Positions 10,163 through 18,552 of a DNA stretch of 64,000 nucleotides are shown one piece after another. Source of the DNA: an uncultured archaeon (lineage in GTDB: Archaea > Asgardarchaeota > Thorarchaeia > Thorarchaeales > Thorarchaeaceae); the NCBI GenBank assembly GCA_964473825.1, contig CAYYQL010000001.1, positions 255,226 to 319,225 of the forward strand. The letters run 5' to 3'. Each line of letters starts with the position of its first letter. The stretch's first letter is position 1. Under the pieces are notes generated by a model, which was not told the origin of the DNA, made no database searches, and saw only the letters and a program-made list of their open reading frames with translations. The position numbers and the translations under genes were made by a program.

Positions 10163-10876
10163 ATGACTCAAGAGAAGACTAGTAAGATCATTGTTATCAC
10201 CGGCGGGTCCAGTGGTATTGGGAAGGAGATTGCACTGGAGATGGCTGGAGACGCCCATTCATTCTTCCTAATCGGAAGAACCCGAAGCAAGCTGGAGACG
10301 GCAAAAGAAGAGATTGAGAAGGAGGGTGCTAAAGTCATGTTCTCCGTAGGAGACGTTTCGAAAGAGAAGGATGTCGAACGTATCTATGAAGAAGCTATGA
10401 AGCAATTCGGGACCATTGATGTCTTGGTCGCAAACGCGGGCGTCGGATATTTCGGCAACCTAGAAGACATGGCAATAGAGCAGTACGATCAACAGATGGA
10501 CACGAATGTTAGAGGCGTCTTCCTCTGGCTCAGAAAGGTCTTACCATTGATGAAGACAAGGAATGAGGGGCAGATAATTGTGACATCATCAAACTTAGGG
10601 CTCGAGACCTCACCTAGGGCAAGTGTGTATTCGGCCACGAAACATGCAGTTCAAGCAATGGTCTGGTCACTCCGCAAAGAGCTAGCAGGAACGATGGTCA
10701 AAGCAGCCACCATCAATCCAGGCTCGGTCGCCACGCCTTGGTTCGACGGCAAGGACGTGGATACATCAAGAATGCTTACAGCACGAGACGTAGCAAAGGC
10801 AGTTCGACTGATAATCGACCAATCAGAAACAAGCGACATCGACCACATCCACTTGCTGCCCAGCAGAAGAAACTGA
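10163..10876 (+). CDS. Short-chain dehydrogenase/reductase
   Basis: TGGSSGIG, ANAG, YSATK. Confidence 0.95.
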   Translation: MTQEKTSKIIVITGGSSGIGKEIALEMAGDAHSFFLIGRTRSKLETAKEEIEKEGAKVMFSVGDVSKEKDVERIYEEAMKQFGTIDVLVANAGVGYFGNLEDMAIEQYDQQMDTNVRGVFLWLRKVLPLMKTRNEGQIIVTSSNLGLETSPRASVYSATKHAVQAMVWSLRKELAGTMVKAATINPGSVATPWFDGKDVDTSRMLTARDVAKAVRLIIDQSETSDIDHIHLLPSRRN

Positions 10877-10892
10877 TTCTATGACGATTTAC

Positions 10893-10931
10893 GAAAAATG
10901 AGATTAAGAGGCTGGCATGAACACCAGCCTC
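10893..10931 (-). terminator. Hairpin plus U-tract after the PAC2 gene
   Basis: GAGGCTGG-N8-CCAGCCTC then TTAATCTCATTTTT on the minus strand. Confidence 0.55.
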
Positions 10932-10949
10932 ATCGTTGAATGCTTAGTC

Positions 10950-11732
10950 TTATGCATATAGGCGTTGGAATTCTTCGCCTTGGCTCTGAGCCTGCTGCTT
11001 ACGCATACCATCTACTTGCTCTGCCATCTCGCTAAGTCGCCTGCGAATATCCTCGGCCTGCTCCTCCAGCTTGGATACGTCTATGTCGATATCGTACAGT
11101 TTTGCAAGACCCTTCAGGACCATTGAGGCGCCCTTTGGATCAGGCATCACTGCAACTGCGTGTGTCAGAAGGGCAAATCCGATCATCTTATGTGTGAGAG
11201 TCTCCGAGAGAATCGAACCCGCAATGCCAGTGATGATACCCTTCTTGAGCATCTCCATCTCATCTATCTCAGAGAGATCCTTCATCTTCTCAACCTCTGA
11301 GGCATAGAGAATCTTCCGGTCTGAGGGCATGCCTCCTACTGGAATGCCATCAAGAATCACGGTCTCCTCCACGCCTTGAGACTTCGCCCAGTCAAGCAAG
11401 CACGAACTCACATGGTACATACCTTGCTGTGCGACTGGCACCTCTGCGGTGACAACAATCAAGTTGTGTTCATCAGAAGCATGGATCCTAAAGGGATGTT
11501 TTAGTTGGCCCTCAAGAAACACAGCTGCTGACGGAATGAACCTGGACCGCACAAATGCAACTTGTTCCATCTCAAATTGCTCAATGATTGTATTCGCAGC
11601 TATGGTCCCGACTAGTCCGCTTGACGGGAAGCCGCATATCATCAGAGGCTTCTCAGCCTTGATCTCTTTCACTTGGACAACTTTCGCGTCGGGTGCACCA
11701 AGACCACCTTCGCATTCAGTCTTATCAGTCAT
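10950..11732 (-). CDS. PAC2-family proteasome assembly chaperone (PbaA/B-like)
   Basis: GFPSSGLVG, HPFRI, PDP..A, C-terminal HbYX motif (LYA). Confidence 0.9.
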   Translation of the reverse strand: MTDKTECEGGLGAPDAKVVQVKEIKAEKPLMICGFPSSGLVGTIAANTIIEQFEMEQVAFVRSRFIPSAAVFLEGQLKHPFRIHASDEHNLIVVTAEVPVAQQGMYHVSSCLLDWAKSQGVEETVILDGIPVGGMPSDRKILYASEVEKMKDLSEIDEMEMLKKGIITGIAGSILSETLTHKMIGFALLTHAVAVMPDPKGASMVLKGLAKLYDIDIDVSKLEEQAEDIRRRLSEMAEQVDGMRKQQAQSQGEEFQRLYA

Positions 11733-11873
11733 GAGGTGTTTCTCTCCGGCATTAACTATAGTTTCACACCATTATTAGTCTATGGCTATCCGAAGGACGA
11801 TGGCTTACCGCGCTGCAGAAAACCATAATTCGTACATCCCAGCTCTCTTAAGGCCTCGCTCCAACTTAACAAT

Positions 11874-12182
11874 ATGCAGGACTTGATAATGAATTGGTAT
11901 TTCATAGCTTTCGTCGCAATCATCCTCGTCGTCCTTGTTGGATACCTGATCTACACGTCCGTCATACAGGGTCCAGCAGTAAGACCTGAAACCAAGAGAG
12001 CGGTACGAACAAATCCGCAGGATCCAGCAACATCGCAAGCTGTAGGAGCAGAGAGTACTTACACACCGGGTCAACGGGTGTCGACAGCACAGCCTCTGCC
12101 ACTGCAAGGCAAAGAAGAACGAGAACCAACATCCTCCTTTGACGACTATACCGAAGATGAAACCTCTTCTAACGAGGAGTAG
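11874..12182 (+). CDS. Small single-TM protein with a disordered acidic tail
   Basis: N-terminal hydrophobic helix and low-complexity tail. Confidence 0.55.
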   Translation: MQDLIMNWYFIAFVAIILVVLVGYLIYTSVIQGPAVRPETKRAVRTNPQDPATSQAVGAESTYTPGQRVSTAQPLPLQGKEEREPTSSFDDYTEDETSSNEE

Positions 12183-12492
12183 GGAATAGAAAACCCGTTG
12201 AAGGAACAGGACCATATTCTTAGTTGAATACGGTTCGATTTCTCCTCTTTTTTGGACTGGACTTGTTTTCTGCACGTTTGCAGGGCCAAAGATTCGTTCG
12301 ACTAATTCTGCAATCCGGCCTTAGAGTCAGCATGTGTAAGGACGCGGGAGATGACACTTATAGTTCATTTTGAACAAAAGTGTAGTAATGAGCATAGTTT
12401 CCAGTACGATTGTTTTTAAGGAAACACTACATGTGCGTACCCAGCACAACCTGACTGGATAGGTTGCATAACTTGTTTGGAGATAAAATGAG

Positions 12493-13053
12493 ATGGGCAA
12501 AGTAAAAGACCCAATTGCCAAGCGCATCAGAGGAAAGGCAGCCAAGGATATCAAAGGCGGCATTTTCGGCAAGATAACCCACTATATCCCCGGGTGGCAC
12601 GGCTACCAAGAGAAAGAGGAGAGACGTGCGGCGGACAAAGTCCTTCGAGAGTTCCTCGCGGACCAGCTTCGTCTTGTGAAGCAGGACCTCGAGAAGCTTC
12701 AGATGATGGTTGTCGACTATGACCTCACAAAGACTTGGGAGACCTTCGACAGAATGCTTGCACTGGCAGACAAGATCGAGTCGGCAATTCGCTATGCAGA
12801 TTACGGCTACGCATCATGGGGTTCCAAGGAAAAGATCAATGAGAAAGAGCTCGACAGAATGTACGAGTTCGATGCAACAATCATTGAGGATATCGGTCAG
12901 ATAAATGATGTTGCAGAGCGATTCCTTGACGACATGAACCAAGGCAAGTTCGATGATGCCTGGCAGTACACTTACCGTATGTGGCAGATCATGCAACGCC
13001 TCGAGGAGAAATGGAATCAGCGTGAGGGCTACATGAAGGGTTATCAAGACTAG
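12493..13053 (+). CDS. Conserved helical hypothetical protein of a family often found beside SPFH genes
   Basis: IPGWHGYQEKEERRAADKVLRE, IRYADYGY, LDRMYEFD. Confidence 0.7.
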   Translation: MGKVKDPIAKRIRGKAAKDIKGGIFGKITHYIPGWHGYQEKEERRAADKVLREFLADQLRLVKQDLEKLQMMVVDYDLTKTWETFDRMLALADKIESAIRYADYGYASWGSKEKINEKELDRMYEFDATIIEDIGQINDVAERFLDDMNQGKFDDAWQYTYRMWQIMQRLEEKWNQREGYMKGYQD

Positions 13054-13063
13054 ACCAAACCAA

Positions 13064-13101
13064 GTTGGGGACGCTTCCCCAACATCTACTCTTTTTCTTT
13101 C
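13064..13101 (+). terminator. Hairpin plus U-tract
   Basis: GTTGGGGA-CGCT-TCCCCAAC then CTCTTTTTCTTTC. Confidence 0.6.
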
Positions 13102-13147
13102 GGAGTGATAAGATTCACGTTCAGCAATAGATCGCAGATCGTGGATT

Positions 13148-13816
13148 TCAACCCACTGTTGTTCCGCAGTACTGACAGGTCACCTTCTTACCTCTACTGA
13201 GGTTCTCTGCCATCTCAACGTCGTATTTCGAGCCACAGACCGGGCACAGCCAGACTCGCATATCACTCGGCTGCCCCTTGGTTATGTCAACGCTGATCTC
13301 CTCTGCAAGCTTCTGAACCCATTCAACGTATGTTGTGTGGTTTAGAGAAGAGAAGATGTCTCTAGCTTCACTCAAGAGTGGACGTATCTCGTCAAGACGT
13401 CCCAGACCACGATAGGCCTTGGCTAGACCGAAAGAATTCCACGCCACGTACCATTTACTTGCAACTTTCCGAGCCTCTTCGAGTCCGGCATGATAGTGTT
13501 TTGCTGCAGAGTCATAATCCATGTGATATGACGCGATCTCGCCAAAACCCCAGCTTGCTGCTGCACGGTACATGCTAAGGTTGTTAGCCCTCGCCAAATC
13601 CATGAGCTCACCGTAATACCCCTCTGCCTTCTTCAAGTCACGCATATTCAGAGAGCTATCGGCCATCACTCTCAATGCCTCTGCAGCTCGTGCAACCAGC
13701 CCCTCCTTCTTGAATCGCTTCCGAGCCTTGTCTGCGTATTCTCTGCTCTTTTTGTAGTCACCTGCTTGGAATAGAGTGTACGATTGTTGCAGGTGCTTCT
13801 CACCATCTTGCGACAT
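13148..13816 (-). CDS. TPR-repeat protein with C-terminal Zn ribbon
   Basis: About 4 TPR-like repeats, then CPVCG...CQYCG; probable ATG at 13816. Confidence 0.75.
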   Translation of the reverse strand: MSQDGEKHLQQSYTLFQAGDYKKSREYADKARKRFKKEGLVARAAEALRVMADSSLNMRDLKKAEGYYGELMDLARANNLSMYRAAASWGFGEIASYHMDYDSAAKHYHAGLEEARKVASKWYVAWNSFGLAKAYRGLGRLDEIRPLLSEARDIFSSLNHTTYVEWVQKLAEEISVDITKGQPSDMRVWLCPVCGSKYDVEMAENLSRGKKVTCQYCGTTVG

Positions 13817-13887
13817 GTGCGAAGAATATTTTCCCGACATATAAAGAGCGTGAATCGAGGGACACTTGCGGAGTCTATTTTTCCTCT

Positions 13888-14748
13888 TCAACGGCCAGAG
13901 CTGGGCAGAGTGGTCTTGTATTCTGCGCCATCCGAACCGTAATCGAAGTTCACTATGCCTCTATACGGTCTCAAGAGGCTCTCAAGATACTCCGCACAGT
14001 CGACAAGGCGTATCCAACTGTCGTAGAGATCCTCTTTCTCTCGAGCGCGTACATAGATGTCGAAGTTATGCGGGGCATAGGTAGGAATCCAACCGGCTAA
14101 GTCAGCGAGAGTAAAAAGATGTGCGCTTGCCCATGGATATGTTCGCTCTTCGAACATGACGTACGGCCAGTAGGGTTGCCTATCTGGGTGATCCTCGACG
14201 AGTCCGGAGCAACTCTCTTTGGTCCAGAATCCGAGCTCATTCAGACGGACTACATGAGGACGGATCAGCTCATCAACATAATCGATGAAGTCACTGATTC
14301 TTGGCCTTTCAATGTTAGAGGCCGGCCACATTGTTCTGAACCATGTCTGTGCGCCACTCCCCCACACAACGCCGGGCATGTGCCCCTGTTCAATCCAGAC
14401 CCTGTAGGAGGTGAGCAGAGCACCCAGGTCACGGGTCACTGAACAAAGTGCGTCCCATCTTGATTCTAGCAAGAGTCTCGGATGATGGTCTTCATCGGTG
14501 CCTGGGCCGGCATCGCAAATGAGCAGTATGTCACCGTTCGAATCCAATGTTGCGCCCCACGTCACAGCCTGAGATAGTGTGAATGCGTGTGCTTCACACC
14601 CAGGGTAGCTTGCATGATCAAGCCGTAACCAACTCCAATACTCCTCCTCTCTGCCCAGGGATGCTTCTAGGATAACGAACTCTGCTTCTTCGAGAGCAGA
14701 TACCAATGCGGTCTCGGATTGACTTCTGCTACTACTCATCCCACACAA
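13888..14748 (-). CDS. Hypothetical protein with a Tyw3-like LN.xG..T..SCSG segment
   Basis: VDELIRPHVVRLNELGFWTKESCSG. Confidence 0.5.
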   Translation of the reverse strand: MCGMSSSRSQSETALVSALEEAEFVILEASLGREEEYWSWLRLDHASYPGCEAHAFTLSQAVTWGATLDSNGDILLICDAGPGTDEDHHPRLLLESRWDALCSVTRDLGALLTSYRVWIEQGHMPGVVWGSGAQTWFRTMWPASNIERPRISDFIDYVDELIRPHVVRLNELGFWTKESCSGLVEDHPDRQPYWPYVMFEERTYPWASAHLFTLADLAGWIPTYAPHNFDIYVRAREKEDLYDSWIRLVDCAEYLESLLRPYRGIVNFDYGSDGAEYKTTLPSSGR

Positions 14749-14872
14749 CTAATCCTCGTACGCGCCATTAAGTCATTCGGATAGAGTAGTCAGTTATGAG
14801 GCTGTGCGATATGGAGCATGGTATGACACGGTGATAAATACCATAGTGCCGAGTAAGGCATAGGCGAACCAC

Positions 14873-15244
14873 ATGGAACCACAAGATTTCCAAGAGGAAC
14901 ACCTCAAAGGACGAAACGATAGATTGGGTCATCTAGTCCTGCAAGAGCTTCATCGCACAGCAAGAGTCCTCAAGCACGACATTTACGATTCTATCGATCA
15001 GGCCGTTCTCCAGGAGTGCGGCCAGAGGCTGCAACGCGCTGTGGACGACCTCGCACAAGATGTCTATGGTGGAAAGGTCTCGGTTGATTCGTTGGGAGTG
15101 CTGAAGGCATTCAAGACAGTGAACTGCCCAGACTTGACCAAGAGCCTTGTTATGAGAAACAGAAGAAGGTCAGAACTCGCAAAGGAGCTCCGGTTGATGA
15201 TCAACACCTTTGAGAATATAATCAGGCCAAGAACCATCGGCTGA
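14873..15244 (+). CDS. Hypothetical helical protein
   Basis: 123-aa ORF with an upstream TATA-like ATAAATA. Confidence 0.6.
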   Translation: MEPQDFQEEHLKGRNDRLGHLVLQELHRTARVLKHDIYDSIDQAVLQECGQRLQRAVDDLAQDVYGGKVSVDSLGVLKAFKTVNCPDLTKSLVMRNRRRSELAKELRLMINTFENIIRPRTIG

Positions 15245-15302
15245 ATCATGACATGTGGGGCAATATTGATTAGCCACCCGAGGTCTTGTTCATCAGGTTG
15301 CC

Positions 15303-16058
15303 ATGAAGGTCACAATTCTAGGAACGGGAACATCTTTTCCAGACCCAGACCGGGTGCAGTCTGGCGTCATGATTGAAGCAGCAGACACCGTACTCCTGTT
15401 TGACATCGGCTCCGGGGTTCTGCATCGTCTTGTTCAGACTGGAATCGAGATCACCAGGATTGAACACCTCTTCATAAGCCACTTTCACATCGACCACTGC
15501 TCTGACTTTCTTACTCTTTGTCAGAGCCTCTGGCTGAGCGGCTACGACAAGACATTGCATGTCTACGCACCTTCATATGTCAGGCGATGGTGGAAGGGAA
15601 TCTTCGAGTATTCCTTCGAGTATATGGCCGACAGGATAGACATCGAAGTCATCGAGCTCGAACCAGAACACGTGGTGGAGATTGGCAGAATGACAGTGAT
15701 GACGTGCCAAACAGCCCATGGTGACCGGGACTCAAGGGCCTTCAAGGTGGAGCATGGCAAGAAGACTGTAGTGTACACCTCAGACACGGGACCACATGAG
15801 AGAATCATACGATTTGCCAGGGACGCAGACATTCTCATCCATGAATGCAATTGGCTCGACGGCGAGCACGACAAGAATGTTCACACGACTCCATCAGAAC
15901 TTAACGAGATTGTCAAGGCCACGGGAGCCAAGACCGTCATCATCGACCACGTATCTCCCGATGTTGTGGAGAACGCTGAGCACGTACTCAGAACAATCAG
16001 AGCAGATGCTGACGCCGAGGTCATACTCGGAGAAGATCTTATGGTTCGCCAGTTGTGA
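15303..16058 (+). CDS. Metallo-beta-lactamase fold hydrolase, RNase Z/BN-like
   Basis: LGTG, SHFHIDH, YTSDT, IHEC, HTT. Confidence 0.88.
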   Translation: MKVTILGTGTSFPDPDRVQSGVMIEAADTVLLFDIGSGVLHRLVQTGIEITRIEHLFISHFHIDHCSDFLTLCQSLWLSGYDKTLHVYAPSYVRRWWKGIFEYSFEYMADRIDIEVIELEPEHVVEIGRMTVMTCQTAHGDRDSRAFKVEHGKKTVVYTSDTGPHERIIRFARDADILIHECNWLDGEHDKNVHTTPSELNEIVKATGAKTVIIDHVSPDVVENAEHVLRTIRADADAEVILGEDLMVRQL

Positions 16059-16240
16059 AGTCTCAGACGAGTATATCATATGAGGATTTATTAGGTTATA
16101 CGATAACAGTATCTCAGCAGGTGCAGGAATCATCCTCGCGATGGTCTTGAAAAAGCAACCATACTCTCCCTCCCTCAGAAATCAGGATTTCCTGATTCTG
16201 GTGCACTACACTCTCTCTCTTCCCGCACCTGCCTACTTCT

Positions 16241-16693
16241 TTACATCTTCTTGTCAGGAACGTACATCAGTCTGATATTCCTTGACCCAAAGACGGACAT
16301 GAAGACAACCAGTGGAGCCATCAGGGTGAGTCCCTGAATCTCCGGCAAGATGAGTGGAATGCCATTTTGTACAATCCAGTATCCATTAACAGCTAAGATG
16401 ATGAAATAGACCAGCCCATGGAGGGCGTTGAAGTATGCTGCACCCCTCGCAAACCTGTAAGAAAGGTACTTGTGCACATAATGGGTTTCTCGAAAGACCG
16501 CCATCAGGAAGAACAGTGTCACTATAGTGAGTACAGTGTATCCGAACGCGTAGAACAAGAGATAGCTGCCGATAATCCCTGAAGCCACATAGAAGTAGGT
16601 CCTCATGGGGTTGAAGGAGCGGCGTTTCTCCTGCTGCTCATCTTCTTGAACTTCCGTTTCGGTCTTCTGATCTTGCTGATTGCCTTCTTCCAC
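16241..16693 (-). CDS. Small multi-TM membrane protein
   Basis: Four hydrophobic segments after an acidic N-terminus. Confidence 0.65.
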   Translation of the reverse strand: MEEGNQQDQKTETEVQEDEQQEKRRSFNPMRTYFYVASGIIGSYLLFYAFGYTVLTIVTLFFLMAVFRETHYVHKYLSYRFARGAAYFNALHGLVYFIILAVNGYWIVQNGIPLILPEIQGLTLMAPLVVFMSVFGSRNIRLMYVPDKKM

Positions 16694-17189
16694 AGAGGCA
16701 CACTCATGTTGCCAACGGTCTGTATCCTAATAACTTCGGTCTTAGGAGCAACGGAAATCGTCGAAAGTCGGCATTCTAGAAAGCACTCTGTGTCATGATC
16801 TTGCAATCCCTAGGTTTTACGAGCCGTTGGGAATTCGTTGCCGTATGGGGTGACTCTTTCAAACGAGATAAGCGAAGTGTAAGAATGGTAGCTCAAAGTA
16901 GGAGAAGCGTATTCTCGACAAGAGCCTCATACGAACACCATGCACTTCAGTTTCTCACCCAGCAATACAAGCTTACCTGGACACATAGGAGAGTTCATTG
17001 CCCTCATCCTCCAAGGAATATGGGAATGGCGGCAAACCGCATATTCCCGAGATAGTATACGGTGAACAGGATTGTGCTTCCTCAGCCGTGGTACAGCACG
17101 CTGAAGTTCGGTAACCATATCAACTCAATGTTTAAAACCTAAGGCGGGCAGTACCCTCACAGTAGACCATACCATGAAGGTGTAACAAT

Positions 17190-18071
17190 ATGGCAGACGC
17201 AATTGAATGGACCAACGCCAGCAGCGAAGAGATAGTCTGGCGTTATCCTGATAATCGAATTAAATGGGGTTCTCAACTCGTCGTGATGGAGAACCAAGCC
17301 GCAATTTTCTACAGAGACGGAAAGGCTTTGGATACTTTTATTGCTGGTCGTCACAAGCTGACCACAAGCAGCATGCCCAGCCTGGTCGGCTGGCTGCAGA
17401 AGAAGGTGAAAGGGGATGTCTTCCAAGCGACTTGCATCTTCATCTCAAGAGGACAGTTCCAAGGGAAGTTTGGCGGGCGAGGACAAACAAGCGATCTGGC
17501 ACCTCTGATGTTCCACGGAAACTTCTGGTTCAGAGTGAAGGAGCCAAAGATATTCGTCACTGAGGTGGTTGGTAATCAGAATGCATTTTCAACCAAGAAG
17601 ATCAACGACTACCTACGCTCTTTCATGAACGAGCGTATAATTGACGAGTTTGCCCACTACGACCTCCAAGCAGTATTCACTCAGCTAGATGAGACCTCAA
17701 TGAAGGTCAAGACCAAAGTGCGCATGAACTTTGAGCGCATCGGACTTGAGCTCGTTGACCTGAAGTTTGAGGGAATCGACACAACTGAAAAGTATCGTGA
17801 GCGACTCTTCTGGCTCCGCACTGGCGGTGTCAGCGGTGGTCAGGTCATGGGTTCGGAGACCATGAAGTCTGCAGCTGAATCTCTGGGTAAGAGTCCCGGA
17901 GCCGGATTCGGTGCAGGCATGGGTTTCATGGGAGCCATGGGCCAGCAGATGCAGGGCGGCCAGCAACAGGGTGGCGGATCTGCTCCTGCGGGTTCCAAGT
18001 TCTGCCCTAACTGTGGGAATCAGCTGAACGGCGCCAAGTTCTGTCCGAACTGTGGAACAAAAGTCGGATAG
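17190..18071 (+). CDS. SPFH/band-7 domain protein with double Zn ribbon (YdjI-like)
   Basis: IVWRYP...GSQLVVMENQAAIFYRDGK, GAGFGAGMGF, FCPNCG x2. Confidence 0.88.
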   Translation: MADAIEWTNASSEEIVWRYPDNRIKWGSQLVVMENQAAIFYRDGKALDTFIAGRHKLTTSSMPSLVGWLQKKVKGDVFQATCIFISRGQFQGKFGGRGQTSDLAPLMFHGNFWFRVKEPKIFVTEVVGNQNAFSTKKINDYLRSFMNERIIDEFAHYDLQAVFTQLDETSMKVKTKVRMNFERIGLELVDLKFEGIDTTEKYRERLFWLRTGGVSGGQVMGSETMKSAAESLGKSPGAGFGAGMGFMGAMGQQMQGGQQQGGGSAPAGSKFCPNCGNQLNGAKFCPNCGTKVG

Positions 18072-18169
18072 TCTAGTTCAAGGAGGGTGCGTGCACCTTC
18101 CCCATTCTTCTTTCTATCATATTCCTGTATATCTGAGATTGGAATGCCAGAATCTTCTGATAGGAACAA

Positions 18170-18460
18170 TCACGAGGAGCGGATGCTTTCAGCCAAGTAT
18201 AGCAAGGCAAATGTCATGGTGACCATGCCTACTGCAACAACCACAATCAAGTATAGCAAGAGGTATTGAACACCGAGCATATGTGCCTCCCGGACTGCAA
18301 ATAGAACCAAGACAATCAATGCAACCATACCACAGACTGCGAAATCGCGCATGACGGTCTTGTTCTGTTGAGAGCCGTCGGCTTCGCTCTCCCTACCTGA
18401 TGAAACTTCACTACTCAATAAAACTCGCCCTGGCAGCACTGGAGTGGACTCTCGATACAA
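18170..18460 (-). CDS. Small 2-TM protein
   Basis: Two hydrophobic helices; start codon uncertain. Confidence 0.45.
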   Translation of the reverse strand: MYRESTPVLPGRVLLSSEVSSGRESEADGSQQNKTVMRDFAVCGMVALIVLVLFAVREAHMLGVQYLLLYLIVVVAVGMVTMTFALLYLAESIRSS

Positions 18461-18552
18461 GCTTGACGCAAGAATCCCTGATGGAAGGCTGACGGATAGA
18501 CACAGGTCAAAGTGTTATTCCTCGATCAGCAGTTCGGTACCAGCAAGACCTT

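Noticed and set aside
16694-17189. About 500-bp gap with short ORFs (16795-17055 +, 16927-17118 -)
   Set aside because: No recognisable motif or RNA fold; the 63-aa Cys/His ORF may be real but cannot be supported
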